DNA of 10,091 nucleotides from contig JBBCAV010000196.1 in assembly GCA_051382305.1 (NCBI GenBank), positions 1-10,091 of the forward strand. Direction: 5' to 3'. Position numbers and translations under genes: made by a program. Positions 1-7,376 of the stretch are shown here, in pieces; the stretch's first letter is position 1, and every line of letters begins with the position of its first letter. The notes under the pieces are model-generated. The model did not search any database. It worked only from the letters and a program-made list of their open reading frames with translations, and was not told the origin of the DNA. This stretch comes from Bdellovibrionota bacterium FG-2 (GTDB lineage: Bacteria > Bdellovibrionota > UBA1018).

Positions 1-1
1 T

Positions 2-3000
2 TATACCACCCCTGGTGCGGTTGCTTACGTGGACTTTAGCGTTAACGAAGTTCCCAATGTGTCTTCGCCGCTTGAATACTACGGTCTGGAGCAATGTTTT
101 AGAGGTTTTACGGAGCGTCTCGCCATTGAGATTGATCAGCGTCACAAAAATAACCTGTTTAGCTTAGGTTTTACTCAGAAAACAACTTATGCGAGCAGTC
201 TTGAAGCCGGCTGTTCGGACCTCTATTCTTCGACCGGTCAGGCGAACTTTACTTTCCAAGAACGGATCGCCTTTCAAGAATACGTTCGTAAGAGTGGCGA
301 TGCCGAAAAACCGATGCGCTCCATCCCCTTTGATGCACAGAAGAAGCTTGGGTTTGGCTTGTTCACCGGTGAAAAACTCAATCCTGACCAATACGGTAAC
401 ATCGATAAGGACGGGACCCGTACTGCATTGGGCGAGATTTTTGATCTTCAAAACGGCAAGCAAATTACCTACGTCCTAGCGGGCGTTCCTGAAGAGGAGC
501 CTGCTCGCAGTACCATCATCAAAGCTACTCGCGATGTCGTTGCGGATATTAACGTCGGCTATCGCAAAGCGTTTGCAGGCACAACGTTGGAGCGTAAAGA
601 AGACGTGGTTGTTCTCAAAATTGAGGGCGAGGATATTGAATCTCGTCAGCTTGGTGATTTGGATCGCAACTACATTTATTACATTCCTAAGCAAACCAGC
701 TCCGGAGTCATTGGACTCGGTGGAGCGCACGCAAATCCGCGCACTGGAGAAGTGATCGCGGCTTCCGTATTTATCTACGGCGGCAATATCATCGGCGCGG
801 TGGATTCGATGAAGAAACGTGCGAAAGCTGAAAAAGCCTATAACAAACTTGTTGCAGTCAAAACTCCAAGCACCCCCTCCAGCGCGAGTCATGAAGTGAA
901 CCCCACACTTCCAGGCGCCGTGCTCGGGCTTAATGGAGGTGCTCCGGCTTCTTTTGTGGGCGCGAAGCTGCTCATGAAAGCAGTCGAAGAGCAATATGGA
1001 CCTTCCTCAGTTTCACTGCTGGGGGATTTGGGTAACAAGATGACAAATCTTCGCTCGGGTTCAAAAGTGGACTTTAGTTCGGCGCTCGGTGCGATCATGA
1101 AAAATCCCACCTTAGCAGAAGCTCGAGGCTTTAGTTTGATGAAGGGCTTTGATGAAGCTAGAAAACGCGGAGTCGTGGGTAATGAGCGCTTGACGACCAA
1201 CTTCGTTAACGAATCGCTCGCCACATCGTTTAAGACTCTTGCTCCTGAAGCCGCCCGTCAGAAGGCGATTAGCGGAGTCCTCGAGCGCCTCGAGAAGGCA
1301 CATTATTGTGCCTATGATGCGAGTCAAGTTGCGGTCTCTCCTCAAGCCATTGAAGACATGAGTGACTTGGATGCGGCCATGGCGCTTTATCGGCCAACCC
1401 TTGCGCACGAAATTGGGCATAACTTGGGTTTAAGACACAATTTTATCGGATCCTTCGATAAAGATAACTTCAAGTTCGAGGCTTCTGAAAAGACTCCTCG
1501 AACTTACTCCTCTGTCATGGACTATCTCGTCGATGATATGGAGACCTATGATGGCCTGGGCCCTCAAGACGTTTCAGCTTTGCGGGCGGCTTACGCAGGT
1601 CTTTTGGAGTTAACACCTGATGCGGCCAAAGCGGCAGCTTCTGCTAAGAACCCTGTTCCTCTGGTCTCGGGTAAGTACGTCAGTCTCGAAGACTATAAAA
1701 CTCTTCTGGGAATTAATTCTTGGATTGGGCTGACTCCTAACGCGATGGAGAAGGCTCCTTTGAAGAAGTACATGTTCTGTACCGATGAAGATGCAGGGGA
1801 ATCACCTACTTGCTATCGCTTCGATAAGGGTACGACCCCGAGTGAAGTTGTGGATTACTACATTCATCAGTATCAGAGTCTCTATTCTCTTACGAACTTT
1901 GCTGGGGATCGCCTTGAGTTCCCTTATTATCGAGTCGGTGCCTATATCGGAAGAATCTTTGGAATCTTCACTCCGATTCGTCAGTTCATGGAAGAAGGGA
2001 TTTTCCAGGCGATTAGTGGTGCCGACCAAGAGACGGTTGGGCCCTACATTGACGCCGCAGTGAAGAGCTTGTTCTTCCTTCAGTCGGTGGTCAGAACGCC
2101 GGATGCGCCGGCTTCGATGAAGCCCGAAGATCGCTTTGTCACATTGACCGGAGAAGATAAAACCCAAATTAGGGTTGAGCGAAAATGGCTCAAAGACATG
2201 AGCGCGGATTCAAATTCTGAGCGAATCGATATCCGCGGTATTGAATTTGATAAAATGATCGCCCTGATTCTCTTGACGGAACGTGAGATGGGTTTTGCGC
2301 GCTACGAGCGAGTTTCGCTCAGAATTTCGTTCCCCCAATTTGAACAGATGCTCATTGGTAAAGAGGAGAGCCCTCTCTCTTATCCGACCATCGGGCTGTT
2401 GAATGAGCTCTTTTCTGACAGTGTGACTGCCGGAGCTTTGAGTGACGGAAAACTCGTGCAGTTGCCGGGTCAGTTCAAAGTTGAAACCAGCGAAAGCATG
2501 CGCATGTACGCGGTCTTGGGTGCGATGTTGAGCCTCGATGTTTCTGGTCTGGAGAGTTCATCGAACCTCTCTGCCCTTTTCAGAGTGAAGAGCGCGACCA
2601 CGCCACCTAAAGGAGTGACCGCGCTACTTGAACCGGGCCTCGCTTCAAAGACGAACCGCTCTGACCTTAGGCTTTTTGCGATGGACTCTGCGGTCGCAGC
2701 CAAAGCCTTGGTTGATCAGGCTTACGCCGGTCAGGTTGTCGAGGAGAACAGTGCGTTGGTCACGACCTTAACAGCCTATCTTTTGGATAATTTTGCTGCA
2801 GCTTCGGCAAAGGCTCCCTCTGCAAAGGCTCAGCTTAAGCAAAAGCAAAAGGAGAAGGCGTTTAACCTGCAACTCTCCAAGCTCCCTGAAAGTGTCGGTC
2901 CACGTAAGGTGGCTGAGATCCAGGGGATGGTCCAGCAGGTGCTGGTGTTGGTGGCAAAACTTGAGTTGGCGAAGACAAAGCTTTCAGGTGAAGCCCTTCT

Positions 3001-3226
3001 TGCTCAAATTACCCAGACCAAGGATCTCTTAGAGTCTGTAGCCAAGGGTACCCCCCTGATCGGGAGTGTATTGGAGGCAATCACAGGCGAGCAGGTCGGA
3101 ATGGAACTCTACGATCAGGTCAAGCCAGACGGGGTTATTGCATCATCCCGGGGTATGATCTTCTCGAATGCCAAGACCTTGAGTGATCTCTTCTACATGA
3201 GTCACCCTAAGGAGGCCTCAAATTAG
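2..3226 (+). CDS. Large zinc-dependent metalloprotease, Met-zincin (DUF4953/EcxA-like) family; 5'-truncated by the window edge
   Basis: Extended zinc motif HEIGHNLGLRH (HExxHxxGxxH, nt 1406-1438), Met-turn SSVMDY (nt 1508-1525), upstream 'NPRTGEVIAA' and downstream 'FCTDED..CYRFDKG' segments typical of this family. The frame is open from nt 2 (YTTPGAVAY then V at 29), so the GTG at 29 is probably not the true start. Stop TAG ends at 3226. Confidence 0.85.
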   Translation, partial: YTTPGAVAYVDFSVNEVPNVSSPLEYYGLEQCFRGFTERLAIEIDQRHKNNLFSLGFTQKTTYASSLEAGCSDLYSSTGQANFTFQERIAFQEYVRKSGDAEKPMRSIPFDAQKKLGFGLFTGEKLNPDQYGNIDKDGTRTALGEIFDLQNGKQITYVLAGVPEEEPARSTIIKATRDVVADINVGYRKAFAGTTLERKEDVVVLKIEGEDIESRQLGDLDRNYIYYIPKQTSSGVIGLGGAHANPRTGEVIAASVFIYGGNIIGAVDSMKKRAKAEKAYNKLVAVKTPSTPSSASHEVNPTLPGAVLGLNGGAPASFVGAKLLMKAVEEQYGPSSVSLLGDLGNKMTNLRSGSKVDFSSALGAIMKNPTLAEARGFSLMKGFDEARKRGVVGNERLTTNFVNESLATSFKTLAPEAARQKAISGVLERLEKAHYCAYDASQVAVSPQAIEDMSDLDAAMALYRPTLAHEIGHNLGLRHNFIGSFDKDNFKFEASEKTPRTYSSVMDYLVDDMETYDGLGPQDVSALRAAYAGLLELTPDAAKAAASAKNPVPLVSGKYVSLEDYKTLLGINSWIGLTPNAMEKAPLKKYMFCTDEDAGESPTCYRFDKGTTPSEVVDYYIHQYQSLYSLTNFAGDRLEFPYYRVGAYIGRIFGIFTPIRQFMEEGIFQAISGADQETVGPYIDAAVKSLFFLQSVVRTPDAPASMKPEDRFVTLTGEDKTQIRVERKWLKDMSADSNSERIDIRGIEFDKMIALILLTEREMGFARYERVSLRISFPQFEQMLIGKEESPLSYPTIGLLNELFSDSVTAGALSDGKLVQLPGQFKVETSESMRMYAVLGAMLSLDVSGLESSSNLSALFRVKSATTPPKGVTALLEPGLASKTNRSDLRLFAMDSAVAAKALVDQAYAGQVVEENSALVTTLTAYLLDNFAAASAKAPSAKAQLKQKQKEKAFNLQLSKLPESVGPRKVAEIQGMVQQVLVLVAKLELAKTKLSGEALLAQITQTKDLLESVAKGTPLIGSVLEAITGEQVGMELYDQVKPDGVIASSRGMIFSNAKTLSDLFYMSHPKEASN

Positions 3227-3267
3227 CTGTTTTCCTCTGGCGGAAAATCGACTAAGTTACTGCTTCT

Positions 3268-4152
3268 ATGAAAAGTAACGAAGTTGAGTCGATTGCTCTA
3301 CTAAAGAAGAAATATGCTGCCTTCGGAATCTCCGCCCCCTCCCTTCACATCGTGTTGGGATCAGGATTAGGAGTCGCATTTGAGACTACTGACGCGCCGA
3401 AGGAGTGGAATCTTCGAGGAGAAATAGGCTTCGGAGAGCTCCCCGGCCTGAAGGCGGCGACGGTTCCTGGTCACAGCGGGATCTTCAAGTACTACGAGCA
3501 CCGGGAAACCAAGAAGACGGTGACTTTTCAGTTGGGACGCCTTCACGGATACGAAGGGCTCCCTGCAAGGCAGGTCATTCAAACGGTGCTGTGTGCTAAA
3601 TTGGCCGGAACGGAGAGATTTGTTTTGACCAACGCCGCAGGATCCCTCTCGACCAAGTTTCCAGTTGGCTCCGTGATGCTGCTTAAGGATCACGTCAACA
3701 TGACCGGACATAATCCCTTGGTGGGTCCTAATCCCGCAATACCCGGAGGCCAGGTTTTGGGACCGCGTTTTCCGGATATGAGTGAAGTCTATGAAGAAGC
3801 CATGCGAAATCGGCTCGGTGCGTGTTTTAAGAAAAACGGTTTGGTCGTCAATGAAGGCACTTATTTAGGACTTCTTGGGCCTAGTTTCGAAACTCCGGCC
3901 GAAGTTGCCTTATTCGCTCGATGGGGTTTGGATGCAGTAGGAATGTCCACCGTCTGGGAAGCCATTATTCTTCGGCACATGGGCGCAAAAATCGCAGGTC
4001 TCTCTTTGATCAGTAACTTAGGTTGTGGATTGGGCGGTTCCAAAAACCTCAATCACGAAGAGGTGCTTGAAGAGGGTAAAAAAGCCGCGGTGGGGATCGT
4101 TCAAACGTTCTTCGAATTCTCAAAGCAAGAGTTCACAACTTCTGATCGGTAA
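3268..4152 (+). CDS. punA: Purine nucleoside phosphorylase, trimeric 6-oxopurine (inosine/guanosine)-type, PunA/XapA family; in context a probable methylthioinosine/5'-deoxyinosine phosphorylase
   Basis: Motifs VLGSGLG, VPGHSG, GRLHGYEG, TNAAGS, DHVNMTGHNPLVGPN, GPRFPDMS, GPSFETPAE, VGMSTV, LISN, NHEEV. The Glu in GPSFET and the Asn in LISN correspond to the 6-oxopurine specificity residues of human PNP (Glu201/Asn243). Confidence 0.92.
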   Translation: MKSNEVESIALLKKKYAAFGISAPSLHIVLGSGLGVAFETTDAPKEWNLRGEIGFGELPGLKAATVPGHSGIFKYYEHRETKKTVTFQLGRLHGYEGLPARQVIQTVLCAKLAGTERFVLTNAAGSLSTKFPVGSVMLLKDHVNMTGHNPLVGPNPAIPGGQVLGPRFPDMSEVYEEAMRNRLGACFKKNGLVVNEGTYLGLLGPSFETPAEVALFARWGLDAVGMSTVWEAIILRHMGAKIAGLSLISNLGCGLGGSKNLNHEEVLEEGKKAAVGIVQTFFEFSKQEFTTSDR

Positions 4153-4158
4153 TTCTTC

Positions 4159-5496
4159 ATGAAGGTTTTTGATCTCGCCGTTCGCTGTGACTTCCTTTTG
4201 ACCTTAGAAGGAGGAAAGTCAGATTGTTTGCGAGATCAGGTGATTGGGATCTGTGGGTCAACGATTGATTCGGTTTTTCCTTGGGCTGACGGGTTATGGA
4301 AAACACCATGGCGCGCCAAAGAATTTATTTACGCTAAAGATCAAGTCGTCCTGCCCGGCTTAGTGAATGCTCATACTCATTTGCCGATGAGCCTGTTTCG
4401 CGGCCTTGCCGATGATCTCCCTTTTAACGACTGGCTTTATAAGGCCATTCTTCCGGCCGAAAGTAAGCAAGTGGATGCGGAATTTGTTCGAGTAGGAACA
4501 CGACTTGCGGCACTTGAGAGTATTCAAAGCGGAGTCACCACAGTCTGTGACATGTACTATTTCGAAAATATCGTGGCCGAAGAGCTCGAAAAGGCAGGGC
4601 TTCGCGCGGTGGTGGGTGAAGCAGTTACTGATTTCCCTGCCCCCGATGATAAGTTTTTGAAGGGAGAAAAGTATAAGATTCTCGCCCAACTCGTGGAACG
4701 TTATCAATCATCGAAAACCATCACTCCTTGTGTCGCCCCTCATGCTCCCTATACTTGCTCGGATGAGACGATTCAAAAAGCGGTCAAGTTCGCATCTCGG
4801 CATCAGCTGTCGCTGATGCTTCATGTTTCTGAAACTCTGCCCGAGATTCACGAGTCATTGAAAAAATACGCGAAGACTCCCGTGCAGCGTCTTCACGACT
4901 TGGGAGTCATGAGTTCCCCTCATATTTTTGCGCATTGTACCCACGTTACGGATGATGACATCGAATTGATGGCGCGTGCGCATACGGGCATCGCTTATAA
5001 TCCTGAATCCAACATGAAACTCGGCGCAGGAGTTGCGCCCTTTTCAAAACTTGTTAAAGCAGGAATTGCAGTCGGGGTCGGCACCGACGGCGCCGCCAGT
5101 AATAAGGATCTCAGTATTTTGCGCGAATGTGATACGGCTGCTAAAATTCAAAAACTCTCGCAATCCAATAACACTGCGATGACCGCAAGCGACGCTCTTC
5201 GTGCAGCCACGATTGAAGGGGCGCGCGCGTTGGGCTTGGATAAAGTAACGGGGAGCCTAGAACCTGGGAAATTCGCCGATCTTATTTGCATCGATGTTTC
5301 AACGCCTCAAATGATTCCTCATTTTGATTTGCCAAGCCTTTTGGTTTATTCCTCGGCTGGTATGGGAGTAAAAACCGTGGTCTGTCATGGGGAAATTCTA
5401 TTGGAAGAGGGCATGCCGAAGACGTTAGATTCCAAACGCATATGCGCCGATGCCCTAGCGTATCAGCAACTCATCCAAGCGAGTATCACCCTATGA
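4159..5496 (+). CDS. mtaD: Amidohydrolase-superfamily 5'-methylthioadenosine / 5'-deoxyadenosine deaminase (MtaD/DadD family)
   Basis: PGLVNAHTH (HxH metal ligands), RGLADDLP..WL..I.PAE, SGVTT..DMY, APHAPYT, HVSE, AHC, NPESNMKL, GTDGAASN, GSLEPGKFAD. It sits between a PNP and mtnA. Confidence 0.85.
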   Translation: MKVFDLAVRCDFLLTLEGGKSDCLRDQVIGICGSTIDSVFPWADGLWKTPWRAKEFIYAKDQVVLPGLVNAHTHLPMSLFRGLADDLPFNDWLYKAILPAESKQVDAEFVRVGTRLAALESIQSGVTTVCDMYYFENIVAEELEKAGLRAVVGEAVTDFPAPDDKFLKGEKYKILAQLVERYQSSKTITPCVAPHAPYTCSDETIQKAVKFASRHQLSLMLHVSETLPEIHESLKKYAKTPVQRLHDLGVMSSPHIFAHCTHVTDDDIELMARAHTGIAYNPESNMKLGAGVAPFSKLVKAGIAVGVGTDGAASNKDLSILRECDTAAKIQKLSQSNNTAMTASDALRAATIEGARALGLDKVTGSLEPGKFADLICIDVSTPQMIPHFDLPSLLVYSSAGMGVKTVVCHGEILLEEGMPKTLDSKRICADALAYQQLIQASITL

Positions 5497-6143
5497 TTGA
5501 TCTAAAAATCGCAAAAGAGATTGTCGAGATCTGTCGCCGTCTCCATGCCCGAAACATGCTGGCTTCTGCCGATGGGAACGTCAGCATTCGAATCAGTAGT
5601 AATAAAATCCTGATTACCCCCAGTGGGATCAACAAAGGCTTCATTAAACCTTCTGATCTGTCGATCATGACCTTTGGAAATCAGATTCTAGATGGCGCGC
5701 CTTCCGGAGAGCGTCTCCTACACCTTGAGGTGTACAAGCTTTGTCCTCAAGCACGCTGTGTGGTGCATGCCCACCCGCCGACTGCGGTTGCGTGGAGTGT
5801 CGCACATCCACAATTACGCGAGCTTCCGCCTCACGCGCTCTCTGAAGTGATTCTGGCCGTCGGGAGTATTCCGATTGTTCCCTACGCCCGTCCGACAACG
5901 GCAGCCGTTGCCGAAGGGGTTCGCCCTTATCTGCCTTCTCGGCGTGCGATGATTCTTGCACGTCATGGGGCCTTGAGTTGGGGCGAAACAGCAGATGAGG
6001 CATACAACGGCATGGAGCGCATCGAGCATGCGGCAACGATCCTCGCTTCAGCCGTTTCTTTAGGAGGTCTGACGGATCTTCCTGAGCCCGAGGTTCAGGC
6101 TCTGCAGGCCATGCGCGCGAAGATTGGAGATAGAACTTTATGA
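5493..6143 (+). CDS. Class II aldolase/adducin family protein (FucA-like); probable methylthioribulose-1-P / 5-deoxyribulose-1-P aldolase
   Basis: DGNVSIR, ITPSG, PSGE (catalytic Glu), HAHP and RHG zinc-binding His residues, PYARPTT. Start placed at the ATG at 5493, which forms an ATGA overlap with the deaminase stop (5494-5496); 216 aa. Confidence 0.85.
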   Translation: MIDLKIAKEIVEICRRLHARNMLASADGNVSIRISSNKILITPSGINKGFIKPSDLSIMTFGNQILDGAPSGERLLHLEVYKLCPQARCVVHAHPPTAVAWSVAHPQLRELPPHALSEVILAVGSIPIVPYARPTTAAVAEGVRPYLPSRRAMILARHGALSWGETADEAYNGMERIEHAATILASAVSLGGLTDLPEPEVQALQAMRAKIGDRTL

Positions 6144-7123
6144 GAAATCTAAATTCGATGGGGCTGCGCTATGAATCGGGCCGACTCTTGGTTTTGGATC
6201 AGACCCGCTTACCTCATGAAGAAGTATGGCTTGAATCTCGGGCTCCTGAAGACATGATTGAAATGATTCAATCCCTTCGCATCAGAGGAGCACCCCTCAT
6301 CGGAGTGGGAGCGGCTCTGGCACTTGCTCATTTTTCAATAACGGGTGTAACGAAAGCACAGTTTATAGACGCGGCTCGAAACCTACGTGCAGCAAGGCCC
6401 ACGGCCGTGAATCTGATGGCGGCCGTGGACCGCATACTTGCGGCAATGGGTCCCGGACCTTTGGAGACCGAGACAATTGTTCGATGCGCTGAAGACTTTT
6501 TCGACGAAGATGTCCGCCTTTGCGAAGGGATGGCCGCGCAGGGCGCACCGTTGATTCAAAATGGCGACAATATTCTTACTCATTGCAATACAGGCGGCTT
6601 GGCCACCGTAGGAATTGGCACTGCGCTTGGCGTGATCAGGCGCGCCCATGAAAGTGGAAAGCGACTTCATGTCTTTGTTGATGAAACCAGGCCTCTCCTT
6701 CAGGGCGCGCGCCTTACGGCATGGGAACTAGGAAAACTCAGAGTTCCTTACACCCTGATCTGTGACAATATGGCCGCTATGTTGATGAAAAAGGGCAAAA
6801 TCAATCGCATTTTTGTGGGTTCAGACCGTATCGCTGCTAACGGAGATGTTGCAAACAAGATCGGCACCTATAGTGTTGCCGTGAATGCGGCTTTTCACGG
6901 AGTCCCTTTTTATGCGGTGGCCCCGGCCACCACCGTTGATTCGAACTGCCCAACGGGCGAGCAGATCCCCATTGAAGAGAGACCTCCCGCTGAAGTTCGA
7001 AATCAATGGTCACCCCGGGAATGTAATGTCTTTAATCCGGCATTTGATGTGACGCCGATTCAGATTGTTTCAGGAGTGGTTTTGGATGATCGAATTATTC
7101 AGGGGGGGCGCTGGAAAAAATAA
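6140..7123 (+). CDS. mtnA: S-methyl-5-thioribose-1-phosphate isomerase (also 5-deoxyribose-1-P isomerase), eIF2B-like family
   Basis: LDQTRLP, IRGAPLIG, ARPTAVNL, THCNTGGLAT, DETRPLLQGARLTAWEL, GSDRIAANGDVANKIGTY, IPIEER, NPAFDVTP. ATGA overlap with the aldolase stop at 6140-6143. Confidence 0.96.
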   Translation: MRNLNSMGLRYESGRLLVLDQTRLPHEEVWLESRAPEDMIEMIQSLRIRGAPLIGVGAALALAHFSITGVTKAQFIDAARNLRAARPTAVNLMAAVDRILAAMGPGPLETETIVRCAEDFFDEDVRLCEGMAAQGAPLIQNGDNILTHCNTGGLATVGIGTALGVIRRAHESGKRLHVFVDETRPLLQGARLTAWELGKLRVPYTLICDNMAAMLMKKGKINRIFVGSDRIAANGDVANKIGTYSVAVNAAFHGVPFYAVAPATTVDSNCPTGEQIPIEERPPAEVRNQWSPRECNVFNPAFDVTPIQIVSGVVLDDRIIQGGRWKK

Positions 7124-7127
7124 GTCC

Positions 7128-7376
7128 CTAATCGATGGCCCGAATGGCGTCTTCAGTACAAACTTGAACGCAGATTTCGCATCCAATACAATCATCGGTA
7201 TCAATGACGAAGTGTTTGCTACCAAAAAAAATGGTGTCCGTCGGACACAGCGTTTGACAGGTTTTGCAGTTCGTACATTTTAGGGTGATTCGATAAATCT
7301 TAGGCGGCGCTTCGGTCTCGATTTCCCCTTCGGCGGATTCATCATCTTCGTACTCTTGTTCTTGGAGATTAGACAT
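7128..7376 (-). CDS. Small 2x[4Fe-4S] dicluster ferredoxin with an acidic N-terminal extension
   Basis: Two CxxCxxCxxxC motifs, CTNCKTCQTLCP and CIGCEICVQVCT..AI. The ATG at 7376 overlaps the last 8 nt of the upstream minus-strand gene (stop 7369-7371); 82 aa. Confidence 0.88.
   Translation of the reverse strand: MSNLQEQEYEDDESAEGEIETEAPPKIYRITLKCTNCKTCQTLCPTDTIFFGSKHFVIDTDDCIGCEICVQVCTEDAIRAID

Noticed and set aside
3230-3258. Hairpin TTTTCC-TCTGGC-GGAAAA and a TAAGTT -10-like hexamer upstream of punA
   Set aside because: The 6-bp AT-rich stem has no U-tract, so it is not a convincing terminator. The hexamer lacks a credible -35, so no promoter is called.
5442-5492. Longer start for the aldolase ORF at 5442
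   Set aside because: It overlaps the deaminase by 55 nt and adds non-homologous residues. The ATG at 5493 gives a clean ATGA coupling.
5493-6143. Calling the class II aldolase-family gene mtnB (methylthioribulose-1-P dehydratase)
   Set aside because: The motifs DGNVS, HAHPP and PYARPTT look FucA/aldolase-like rather than MtnB-like (TSGN, HTHS, N.QD), and no mtnC/mtnD/mtnW/mtnX is present in the window. Not formally excluded without a phylogeny.
7102-7231. Homopolymer runs (G7 and A6 at the mtnA end, A8 at 7224-7231) as phase-variation sites
   Set aside because: The runs are short, both genes are intact and in frame, and there is no sign of slippage.
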